Origin: a virus
DNA: 64,000 nt
Virus record (IMG/VR): IMGVR_UViG_3300029267_003762
Location: 1 to 64,000 of that record
Reading direction: 5' to 3' (one strand)
Part shown: positions 44,446 through 52,944 of the stretch, piece by piece
How the letters are laid out: each line of letters begins with the position of its first letter
Position numbering within the stretch: the stretch's first letter is position 1
Translations under genes and position numbers: made by a program
The notes under the pieces: generated by a model
Databases searched by the model: none
Seen by the model: the letters and a program-made list of their open reading frames with translations, nothing else
Told to the model about the DNA's origin: nothing

Positions 44446-44598
44446 TCATGCGGCCGTCTTGTAGTTCCGGCTGCGCTCTTCGAGCCGCTTCTGCAACTCG
44501 GACTGACGCTCGAGGAGCATCAGGAGCTCTTGGCCACTCGCGGTAACGAGCGCCTTTTCAACCTCGGCCAACTGCTTGCGTACGATCTGTTGCATCAT
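44446..44598 (-). CDS. 50-aa coiled-coil peptide (below ORF-track cutoff)
   Basis: GGAGGT RBS; own promoter and terminator. Confidence 0.6.
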   Translation of the reverse strand: MMQQIVRKQLAEVEKALVTASGQELLMLLERQSELQKRLEERSRNYKTAA

Positions 44599-44634
44599 GG
44601 CCCACCTCCGGGTTGGGGCCTACTTTCTACTTCT

Positions 44635-44662
44635 AGTATACGAGTAGTTGACGTGAGTACAA
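44635..44662 (-). promoter_or_regulatory. sigma70-like promoter
   Basis: TTGTAC-N16-TATACT on the minus strand. Confidence 0.55.
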
Positions 44663-44694
44663 GACCCCGTCAAGGGGAAAAACGAGGGGATTCG

Positions 44695-44946
44695 TTACTT
44701 TTTCAAGGCGCTGTTTGGAGGAAGAATGTCTGCCAGACTTTCCTCGTCCAAAAGTACGCCCAGGGGCCTGAAAACGTACTCTTTGCCATCTTTTGTGACG
44801 CTGCACATGACAGGGATGTCACCCCCGGTCACCCTCGTGCAGTGAACAAGAGCAAGATGCCCGTCCCGAGCGGCCGAGAGCAGGGCTTCGAGCGGCTCTT
44901 TGAACGGCTCGAGGTACGCGTCGTTCGTCTTGACGGTATCAGCCAT
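44695..44946 (-). CDS. hypothetical protein
   Basis: GAGG RBS; overlaps the upstream stop. Confidence 0.55.
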   Translation of the reverse strand: MADTVKTNDAYLEPFKEPLEALLSAARDGHLALVHCTRVTGGDIPVMCSVTKDGKEYVFRPLGVLLDEESLADILPPNSALKK

Positions 44947-45313
44947 CGTTCCTCTCCGTCAGTTCCGGTTTCCGGCAGACCCTTCGAATCTCTTTGACGA
45001 GCTCGTCGGCGTCCTCGAGTGGGCAGATGCCTTCACGTTGACTGTTGCGAGGTGAGCTGAACAGGGCGACGTTGCCCTCGACGCGCACGGCGCACCGTCG
45101 GAACGACACGCTGCCGCGCTCCTCGATAGCTTCTGCGATGGCCAACATCTCGGAAGCCGTTCCTTCAACTTCGGCGTCACTGATCCGGCCAGAATGCTGA
45201 AAGCTGGCCGTTCCAGGGCACAGAGAGTCAGCTTCGAACCAGCTTTTCCCTTCGTGTTCCGCTCGTTCGACGACGTACCAATCATACCCGCAGTCGCGGA
45301 TCGTCAACTTCAT
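44939..45313 (-). CDS. hypothetical protein
   Basis: ATGA overlap. Confidence 0.6.
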   Translation of the reverse strand: MKLTIRDCGYDWYVVERAEHEGKSWFEADSLCPGTASFQHSGRISDAEVEGTASEMLAIAEAIEERGSVSFRRCAVRVEGNVALFSSPRNSQREGICPLEDADELVKEIRRVCRKPELTERNDG

Positions 45314-45621
45314 TTGCTTCCTTCTTTCTCCAAGTACTCGAACACACGGTCCATCGACTCGGCGTGGTAGATGCGCAGGCTCGGGTGCGCTTCCATGAAC
45401 GGGATGAGCATCTCGTCCCGCACCCGAACCAACTGGTGGTAGTCCATGTCGCCGAGCTCTTTGGCCGCCGGGTACCCCTCGGGCACCGCCGGTGGGTCGT
45501 TTCTAGCCTCGGCGATGATGTACGGCGCGATGAGGTGCCCGAACAGCTTTGCGCGGGCCGCCCCGTCTTTCTTCTTCAGTCTGCTCTTGAGCCACTTGCT
45601 TGTGTCTTTCTTCTTCATCAT
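45310..45621 (-). CDS. hypothetical protein
   Basis: GAGGAG RBS. Confidence 0.55.
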   Translation of the reverse strand: MMKKKDTSKWLKSRLKKKDGAARAKLFGHLIAPYIIAEARNDPPAVPEGYPAAKELGDMDYHQLVRVRDEMLIPFMEAHPSLRIYHAESMDRVFEYLEKEGSK

Positions 45622-45841
45622 CTCCTCGAACGTTGGTGATGTTGATGGTTACCCCTGGCCGGGGTCGGATGACGACGCTGCGGGAGGCGCCGTGCTTCCA
45701 CTCGACGGGCTCTGCGTCGATGGCTCCGCTCAGGTTGCCCTTGTTGCTCTTCCAGAGCACCCCGATGGGGATGAACCGGGTACCGTCCCTGTCGTCTGTG
45801 TTGATGACGGCGACGATGTCCGCCACTGGTTCCTTGGACAT
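45503..45841 (-). CDS. hypothetical protein
   Basis: AAGGAG RBS; IGVLW.......L...D..P pattern. Confidence 0.5.
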   Translation of the reverse strand: MSKEPVADIVAVINTDDRDGTRFIPIGVLWKSNKGNLSGAIDAEPVEWKHGASRSVVIRPRPGVTINITNVRGDDEEERHKQVAQEQTEEERRGGPRKAVRAPHRAVHHRRG

Positions 45842-45854
45842 GCGCGTCTCCTTT

Positions 45855-47120
45855 CTACTTGTCTGCGGGGTTGCGGAAGCGCTTGAAGACGGGGAACCGC
45901 AACTTACCATCGTCCGTCATCTCCTGGGCCTCCACTTCTGCGATGGCGCCCCAGTAGCACTTCGGGTTGTCCTCGAGGTCCGCGGTGATGTCCTTTCGCT
46001 GCTGATCGGTGAACCCGCCGCCCACGGACGTGACGACGTCACCGATGCGCACCTTGAAGGCAGCGAACACCCCGCTCAACCGGCCTTTGCCGAACTCGTG
46101 CCCGACGACCTGCCCTTCCCAGGTACTCTTGGGTTTGACCTTGAGGATGGCGTTCGAGCGCTTGAACTCGTAGGGGGCATTCGGATCTTTGATCATCGCA
46201 CCTTCGAAGCCCATATTGACGAAGTGTGCGAACTGCTCGAGCAGCTGCTCGTTGTCGTGCACATACCCTCCCGGCACGGGCACGACGTTGAAGACGCACC
46301 AGGGAGGCTGCTCGATCTCGTTTCTCCTTTCCGCGTACGACAGGGACTTGCCTTGGCTCTTCCACACCTCAAGCGGGATCTTGTCGAAGATGTGGTAGAC
46401 GGCTTGTGCGTCGCTGACGGTGTTGACCTTGGAGAACACAAGCGACTGCGTCTCGTTCCAGTTGTTCTTCATCACTTCCCCGTCAAGCACGTAGTCGCCC
46501 TTCGGCAGAGACCGAACGCCCTCTTCGATCGTGGGCAGTGTGTCGACCGTCTGCCCGCCGCGTGTGACCATCTTCACGCTGTCCCCTTCGCGAATGGCCA
46601 CGAGGCGGATGCCGTCGAGCTTGCGGTCGCACCACACCGGGAAGTTGATCTTCTCCCGAATGGTGATGTTGCCCTCGAGGTCGCGTGCGCAGTCGAGCTC
46701 GTTGGCGAGCATCACCTCGAACACCGGCACCATGTCGGGGAAGACCTTGTTGACGGTCTTGGCCTCGACGCCGCACCTGAGCTTCTTCTGTACGATGCGC
46801 GCGGCCCACTTGCGCATCTCCGACGGCATGTCCCCGAGGATCTCGTTGAGGTAGTGCTTGGCGGCGTTGCCGGTGATCTCTCTCGTGTTGAGCCTCTCCA
46901 AGAAGTTGAGGAACACGAACCAGGACATCTCATCGTCGTTGAATGCGAACGTCGTACGGGGGGTAGAAGGAAGGCGCACGTCTTGGATGTAGTAGGGCTT
47001 GTAGGGGTCCAGCGCTGCGATCAGAAGGACGCGGAGCAGTGCGGTCGACCCCTCGAGGATGGCTTCTTTCTCTTTCCTGCTGTTCGTGGCCTCGAGGGCC
47101 TCGAGCTGTTCAACAATCAT
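45855..47120 (-). CDS. lig: ATP-dependent DNA ligase
   Basis: Motifs KLDGIR, LDGEV, YHIFD, GFEGAMIK, LKVKP, LRFPVF..R. Confidence 0.95.
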   Translation of the reverse strand: MIVEQLEALEATNSRKEKEAILEGSTALLRVLLIAALDPYKPYYIQDVRLPSTPRTTFAFNDDEMSWFVFLNFLERLNTREITGNAAKHYLNEILGDMPSEMRKWAARIVQKKLRCGVEAKTVNKVFPDMVPVFEVMLANELDCARDLEGNITIREKINFPVWCDRKLDGIRLVAIREGDSVKMVTRGGQTVDTLPTIEEGVRSLPKGDYVLDGEVMKNNWNETQSLVFSKVNTVSDAQAVYHIFDKIPLEVWKSQGKSLSYAERRNEIEQPPWCVFNVVPVPGGYVHDNEQLLEQFAHFVNMGFEGAMIKDPNAPYEFKRSNAILKVKPKSTWEGQVVGHEFGKGRLSGVFAAFKVRIGDVVTSVGGGFTDQQRKDITADLEDNPKCYWGAIAEVEAQEMTDDGKLRFPVFKRFRNPADK

Positions 47121-47739
47121 TCGGGTCCTCCATGAGCTGCCTGACGAGGGCCAGGTTGCTCTCCAGTTGCTTTTCTACTTCCTTCAGGGCGGTGTACTCG
47201 CGACGCGCGTGCGGAAGCGCCCTTTCGATGGCGGCTTCGGGGGCCGTCACCTGCCTTATGCCCTGAATCAGGTGCTTGATGACGCGGATCTCCCTGTCCT
47301 CGGCATACAGGAAGGCAGTCCTTCCCTCAACGTCCCAGCCGATGTCCAGGTAGTTGGCCAGCGCCTCGGCCGCTTGCTCGTCGTCTTCGAAGCGCCCGCA
47401 CTGGTCGCACTTCTGGACGATGACCTGGCCGTCGTCGGCCATGTCATCGTTGAAAGGGCACAGCGCCCCTGGGATGATCTCGCCGGCGCAGTGACACCCG
47501 ACGTGCTCTTCCCAGTCCGAGAGCTGGAAGCCGAGCGCGCCCGCAGATGCGCGCCTGACCTTTCCGCGATGCTTTTCGTCGTAGAGCATTCCTTTGGTGA
47601 CGCCTCGCCCGCGCAGGAACGGGGGCACGTCCATCTGGTTCACGTCGGTGCGCTTCAGGCCCCGGCTCTCCGCGCCTTCGCGCAGCCAGCTGGTCAGCTT
47701 GTCGATCCCGTGAAGGATGGTCTTGTCGTCATCGGACAT
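47110..47739 (-). CDS. hypothetical protein
   Basis: AGGAG RBS; CDQC. Confidence 0.6.
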   Translation of the reverse strand: MSDDDKTILHGIDKLTSWLREGAESRGLKRTDVNQMDVPPFLRGRGVTKGMLYDEKHRGKVRRASAGALGFQLSDWEEHVGCHCAGEIIPGALCPFNDDMADDGQVIVQKCDQCGRFEDDEQAAEALANYLDIGWDVEGRTAFLYAEDREIRVIKHLIQGIRQVTAPEAAIERALPHARREYTALKEVEKQLESNLALVRQLMEDPNDC

Positions 47740-48133
47740 CTTCGCACTCCTGTCTGAAGTCCTCGAGCGCGTCGGAGTACTTCTTGGCCATCTCTTCGTC
47801 TCCGAGGGCCACGTGGGCGTCGTGGAGGTCGTAAAGAGCGGCGGCGAGCCTCTCACGAAGGCTGCGTCGGTGCAGAGTGAGCTCCGAGCACCGCAGCTGT
47901 GTGAGGCGCAAGTTCTTCGCCATGGCTGCCCCCTCCGGTATGGTGTGAGTCAAGCCGAACTCGAAGATGACTGCGTCCGCCGCGTGCTGCGCCTCTGAAA
48001 GCTTGATGGACCAGCCGATATTATCCAGCGCGCTGAGAACCCGCTCTCGCGGGCTGCGGCTGTCGTTCGCCTCCAGTAGCTTCAGGCGCTTTTGTGAGTA
48101 CGCGTGCGCGAGCTCCATGTTCACGTCTGTCAT
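47729..48133 (-). CDS. hypothetical helical protein
   Basis: AGGAG RBS. Confidence 0.6.
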   Translation of the reverse strand: MTDVNMELAHAYSQKRLKLLEANDSRSPRERVLSALDNIGWSIKLSEAQHAADAVIFEFGLTHTIPEGAAMAKNLRLTQLRCSELTLHRRSLRERLAAALYDLHDAHVALGDEEMAKKYSDALEDFRQECEDVR

Positions 48134-48177
48134 CTGCTGTCTCCTGTCTGTTAGGCGTACTGTTTGCTCCGCTACCC

Positions 48178-48387
48178 TTATCGCTTCGAACGGGCCTTTC
48201 TTGTCAGGTGAATCTCGATGTGGTGCTTGTCGACCTTGGCCCGCTTGACGGACATCTTGTTCTCTCTGAACCACGCACGGATGTACGCCAACAGAAGCGC
48301 CTTCGACTTCGTCACTACCGGCTCAGTCAACTGAAAAGACAAGTACCATCCGCTCTCGGTTGGCCGTAGGGTGTACTGGCCGCTCAT
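48178..48387 (-). CDS. small basic protein
   Basis: GGGAG RBS; start shares a CATG with the divergent terminase start. Confidence 0.4.
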   Translation of the reverse strand: MSGQYTLRPTESGWYLSFQLTEPVVTKSKALLLAYIRAWFRENKMSVKRAKVDKHHIEIHLTRKARSKR

Positions 48388-50293
48388 GGAAACTCCCGAA
48401 CGATTGATCGACCCCCACAACCCGCCCGCCAGCTTCTTCATGCCGGGCTCTCTGTCTCCTGACTTCTTGAACGAGGAGCTGTTGGATGACTTCGCCGGCG
48501 ACCCGGAACTGTCATCGCTCGACGGCGACTGGTCTGCCGAGTACGGACCTTCGATCGAGTATGAGGACCCAGGGGCCATAGCCAAGAGGATACAGGAAAA
48601 AGGCAGGGTCCAACTCTTCCCGACCGACTTCGTGCACGCCGCCTTCAAGATGCCGAAGTCAGACGGGGGTTACGAGGACTTCTCGTTCGAGGGCCGCAGG
48701 CACATCCTGAGTCCGTACAACACGCAGGCCAAGCGCGTGCTTCTGGTGTGCGCCCGTCAGACCGAGAAGTCGACGCTGCTCGGCAACTTGGCGCTCACGT
48801 ACTCGTGCCTCGTTCCGGCCTTCAAGACCTTGTACGTGTCGCCGTCGGCGATGCAGACCAAAACGTTCTCGAACGACCGCGTCAAGGAGCCGATCGAGAC
48901 GAGCCCCATCCTGCGGGCCTACACGACGCACAAGCTCAGCCAGAACATCTTCGAGAAGCAGTTCATCAACCGGTCGAAGATCACGCTTCGCTACGCGTTC
49001 CTCAACGCCGATCGTGTCCGCGGCATCCCGGCCTGGATGCTGCTGATCGACGAGATCCAGGACATCATCTCGGACAACATCCCGGTCATCGAGCACTGCC
49101 TGTCCCACGCCCCGAAAGAGTGGCGCCGGTTTGTGTACTCCGGCACCCCGAAGTCGCTCGACAACACCATCGAGTGGTACCGCGCCAACAAGTCGACTCA
49201 GGGCGAGTGGATGGTGCCGTGCGACCGCTGCGGGAGCAACGCCAAGGGGGCCGCTGGGCGCTTTTGGAACATCCTCGGCGAGAAGAACATCGGCAACAAA
49301 AGTCTGATCTGTGAGAAGTGCGGAGAGCAGCTGTACCCGATGCACGAGGACGCCCAATGGGGGCACCACGTAGCCTGGCACCCGAAGTACGCCCCGTTCG
49401 AGAGCTACCGCATCAACCAGCTCATGGTTCCGTGGAAGGACTGGGACGAGCTGCTGTACGAGTACCACAACAACCCGCGAGCGAAGTTCCTCAACGAGTC
49501 GCTCGGCATCTCCTACGACTCCGGTCTTCGGCCTCTCACGCTCGGTCAGGTCAAGAACGAGTGCAACCCGGCCATCACGATGGCGGAGAAGGAGGTCAAG
49601 AAGTACCGCCAGATCGGCCTCGTGAACCCCATCTTCATGGGCATCGACTGGGGGACCGGCGAGAACACGTATACCGTGATCACGCTCGGTACGTACGTCG
49701 ACATGAAGCTGCGGGTCTTCTATGTGCACCGCTGCACGGGCGATCTTCTCGAGCCTCCGAAGCAGCTCGCGTTCATCAAGAAGCTGGTGCAGCAGTTTCA
49801 CGTTCGGGTCATCGGCACCGACTACGGTGGCGGCTACGACCGCAACGACGACTTGATGCGGGCGTTCGGCCCCGACCGACTCGTGAAGTACCAGTACCTC
49901 CCGCGCTCTCGTCAAAAAGTCAGCTGGCAGGGCAAGCTCGGCCGGTTCATCGTGTCGCGCACCGAGGTGATGAGCGACATCTTCAACGCCATCAAGCGTC
50001 ACCAGTTCGAGTTCCCTCGATGGGAGGAGTTCCACGCCGGGGGCAACGCTCCGTACGCCGGCGACATGCTCAACATCTACAGCGAGTACGACGAGCAGCG
50101 CCACCAGATCGTCTACAAGCACGCCCCCGACAAGCCGGACGACACTTTCCACTCACTTCTGTACATGACGCTCGGTTCGATGCTCATTCGGCCAAGGCCG
50201 GACATCGTCACGCCTAGAAAAGAAGTTTCTGGCGAAGGAAGGGGGCACCCGATGTTCGATGGGGACTATGATGGGACAGTAGATCAGGATTGA
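48386..50293 (+). CDS. terL: terminase large subunit (GpA-like)
   Basis: Walker A-like ARQTEKST; RVRG....LLIDEIQD Walker B; SGTP; CxxC pair; nuclease MGIDWG and PDD.FH; start uncertain (48371 or 48386). Confidence 0.93.
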   Translation: METPERLIDPHNPPASFFMPGSLSPDFLNEELLDDFAGDPELSSLDGDWSAEYGPSIEYEDPGAIAKRIQEKGRVQLFPTDFVHAAFKMPKSDGGYEDFSFEGRRHILSPYNTQAKRVLLVCARQTEKSTLLGNLALTYSCLVPAFKTLYVSPSAMQTKTFSNDRVKEPIETSPILRAYTTHKLSQNIFEKQFINRSKITLRYAFLNADRVRGIPAWMLLIDEIQDIISDNIPVIEHCLSHAPKEWRRFVYSGTPKSLDNTIEWYRANKSTQGEWMVPCDRCGSNAKGAAGRFWNILGEKNIGNKSLICEKCGEQLYPMHEDAQWGHHVAWHPKYAPFESYRINQLMVPWKDWDELLYEYHNNPRAKFLNESLGISYDSGLRPLTLGQVKNECNPAITMAEKEVKKYRQIGLVNPIFMGIDWGTGENTYTVITLGTYVDMKLRVFYVHRCTGDLLEPPKQLAFIKKLVQQFHVRVIGTDYGGGYDRNDDLMRAFGPDRLVKYQYLPRSRQKVSWQGKLGRFIVSRTEVMSDIFNAIKRHQFEFPRWEEFHAGGNAPYAGDMLNIYSEYDEQRHQIVYKHAPDKPDDTFHSLLYMTLGSMLIRPRPDIVTPRKEVSGEGRGHPMFDGDYDGTVDQD

Positions 50294-50966
50294 GCAGGAG
50301 CATGGTGGACATGATGCGGGAGTCCAGCCCGGCGTCGGCAGGCCCCCGCGCATCTCCACCGAGCTCGTACAGTAGGACGGTCGCCTTGAGCGCCGTGCGG
50401 GCGCGCAGGATCAACGGGCGCAGGTAGAGCTGGTGTGCCGGCAGGTGTGCCTGCAGGTGCCGGCTCAGGTTCATGAGTGAGGCCCACGGCCGCGCGTTCG
50501 TGAGCGGCTCGGCCCGTCTGAAAAAGGCCTGGTCGATGTTCATGAACACCCGGCACCACCGAATGACCTCGGTGGCATCCAAGGGCAGCTCGTCGACGTC
50601 CGAGTTCGCCTTGTGGATCAACGCCAACATGGGTTGGCGTTCGGTTGGGATCTCGTACGGCACCATGCCGATGACGAAGGAGACGTTGCGCACTTCGTCT
50701 TCCAGCTGCGCGATCTTGGCTTTGAGCAGGGACACGTCGTCGGCAAGCGCGCCGCTCCTTCTGTACCTCTGCTTCTCCCTCTCTTCTTTTAGCTTCTTGA
50801 TGTCCTCGACGTGGAAGACGTACTTCGCTCGGCTGCCTGGGAAGAGCTTCTTGTACTCTTCGATTGGTACTTTTCTTAGTACCCCTTCTTCCGCCATGCG
50901 CGACAGAAGAGAGTACCGACAGCCGAGCAGTCGAGCCGCTTTGTACGCCGTGATGACCTTGTCCAT
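50214..50966 (-). CDS. excisionase/MerR-like HTH protein
   Basis: IT..KAARLLGC....L.RM..EG.L, then coiled coil. Confidence 0.7.
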   Translation of the reverse strand: MDKVITAYKAARLLGCRYSLLSRMAEEGVLRKVPIEEYKKLFPGSRAKYVFHVEDIKKLKEEREKQRYRRSGALADDVSLLKAKIAQLEDEVRNVSFVIGMVPYEIPTERQPMLALIHKANSDVDELPLDATEVIRWCRVFMNIDQAFFRRAEPLTNARPWASLMNLSRHLQAHLPAHQLYLRPLILRARTALKATVLLYELGGDARGPADAGLDSRIMSTMLLLNPDLLSHHSPHRTSGAPFLRQKLLF

Positions 50967-51019
50967 GACTTTCCCTTCGCGACAGAAGCGTGGTACTACT
51001 TGGCGAACAGGAGTGGTCC

Positions 51020-52288
51020 ATGAGTGAGCTGCATCGTCAAGGTATCTTTCAACAGAGGCACGCGCGGCCCGTCAGTGGAGAAGACCTGGAGGTGCTTGGG
51101 AAGCAGGCTTCTGCTTGTTGGTACGAGAGGAAAGACAGTGGATGCGGCCCCTCGACTCTTGGTGAGGCGGTAGTCGAGACGGTGAAGAAGGCAGGGCTCA
51201 GCCCCGAGCAGGTTCGCCGTGTGGTGGAGTTCGCCAACACCGACGCCTTCCTCCGGGAGTTCCACAAGCTGTCGAGCGGCCACAAGTACGTGGACTTCGG
51301 CGGGGGCGTGCTCGCCGACCCTTCCGACGTGCTTCGGGACCTGAACGACGGGGGCGGGGGGACGGTGTTCGACGCCGGCACCGGCGACTACGACCAGCCT
51401 CCGGAGGAGAAGCAGGCAAGCCTTGGGTTCGGCGGTTGGGACACGAGTGAGGGCGCCATCGCTGGTATGTTCGGCGCCGACCCGTCTCCGTACGAGTTCG
51501 AGGAGCCCCTCCGGCCGTTCTGGGACGCGCGCGACAAGCTCGCGGGCATGCACGCCCATGTGAGCTCCGAGCTCAGTTCCACCGAGGTGCTGTACGACAG
51601 CATCGCCCGCGAGCTCGAGCACCAGACCAAGCAGGCCGCGCTCGAGGGCACGAGCCTCGGTCAGGTCGTTCAAGCTTGGTCGTCGATTACGGACAACCCC
51701 GCGTTCATCAAGGCCGCCTTCGAGCGCATCACCCCCGGCCTGGTCGAGGACGAGGTCTTTCCGTCGTACGACGCCGTCGGCGCCTCGATCGAGAAGGTCG
51801 GCGCGGCGCGGGTCGCCAACCCGCACCATCCGCTGGTCGAGACATTCCACGAGTACTGCGACGCGCTCGTGAAGATCGCTGAGCTGCGCTACCAACAGCA
51901 GGGCCTCGGCATCAAGTTGGCGCAGCTCGAGGAAGGCCTCAAGACCGCGAACATCGGCAAGCTCGTTGAGATGGCGGGTAAGGGGATGAGCGCGGTCGGC
52001 AAGGCCAGCAAGAAGGGCCGGGAGTTCGTCGAGCGGACGACACAGAGCCCGGCCTTGGGCGCCGCCACGGAGTGGGGAATCAAGGGCGCTCCTGTTGCCG
52101 CTGGTCTTCTCGGTGCCAAAGCTCTATCCGATCAGGTATCCACCAGCTACCCGCTCCAGGCGTCGCTCCCGTACTTGCCTGGGTCTCAGCAGTACAAGGC
52201 GCGGATCGCCAGGCGGCAGCAGGAGAACAATCCCGAGTACCGCGCCATGATGGCCGCGCAGGGAATGCCCATGGGAGGCTTGTTCTGA
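51020..52288 (+). CDS. head-associated protein
   Basis: LSPEQVRRVVEFANT.AF motif; many K-x-A; AGGAG RBS. Confidence 0.7.
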   Translation: MSELHRQGIFQQRHARPVSGEDLEVLGKQASACWYERKDSGCGPSTLGEAVVETVKKAGLSPEQVRRVVEFANTDAFLREFHKLSSGHKYVDFGGGVLADPSDVLRDLNDGGGGTVFDAGTGDYDQPPEEKQASLGFGGWDTSEGAIAGMFGADPSPYEFEEPLRPFWDARDKLAGMHAHVSSELSSTEVLYDSIARELEHQTKQAALEGTSLGQVVQAWSSITDNPAFIKAAFERITPGLVEDEVFPSYDAVGASIEKVGAARVANPHHPLVETFHEYCDALVKIAELRYQQQGLGIKLAQLEEGLKTANIGKLVEMAGKGMSAVGKASKKGREFVERTTQSPALGAATEWGIKGAPVAAGLLGAKALSDQVSTSYPLQASLPYLPGSQQYKARIARRQQENNPEYRAMMAAQGMPMGGLF

Positions 52289-52944
52289 TGGACCCCATCA
52301 AAGACTTCGTCAAGTTCGCCTTTGACCAGGGTATGGGCAAGGAGGCGGTGCCGGCTTGGATGAGCAGCCCGGCCGCGAAGGCCGTCGGCACGGCCGCGGG
52401 CATCGCCTTGGCCGCCCCGATCGCCGGTGCCGCTGTCGGAGGTATCGGGGATCTGGCGGGCATGGCCTACAACGCCGTCACCAAGAAGCGCGACTTCAAC
52501 CAGATGCTCGAGTTCAATCAGGACCTGCGGCAGATGCACAAGCAGGACCCGAAGATGGTCAACGCCGCGTTCTCGACGCTGCGTCGGATCAACCCGAAGT
52601 ACTCCAGGGACCCGCTCGTCGCCGGCGCGTTCGTGCGCAACCTCAACGAGGCCCCAGAAGGCGCATTCAATGCGGCGAACACGGCGGCAAGTGCTCGGAT
52701 GCCCGAGACCATGCTGCAACAGGGCTACATGGGCAACATCGGTAAGGGCACGGAGATGGGCATGAAGCACCTGACCGATGTGCCCAGAGATGACCCGACG
52801 CAGGACTACGCGCGGAAGATGCAGCTCGCCAGGGAGCAACGTCGGATGCAGATCGAGACGGATCCGAGGGCCTACAGAGGTCGCGGGGTAGGTAACGTGT
52901 CGATGAAACCGGAGTACAGCCACGCCCTGGGACGTCTTGGATGA
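52288..52944 (+). CDS. internal head protein with glycine-zipper helix
   Basis: VKFA, GKEA; AVGTAAGIALAAPIAGAAVGG. Confidence 0.65.
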   Translation: MDPIKDFVKFAFDQGMGKEAVPAWMSSPAAKAVGTAAGIALAAPIAGAAVGGIGDLAGMAYNAVTKKRDFNQMLEFNQDLRQMHKQDPKMVNAAFSTLRRINPKYSRDPLVAGAFVRNLNEAPEGAFNAANTAASARMPETMLQQGYMGNIGKGTEMGMKHLTDVPRDDPTQDYARKMQLAREQRRMQIETDPRAYRGRGVGNVSMKPEYSHALGRLG

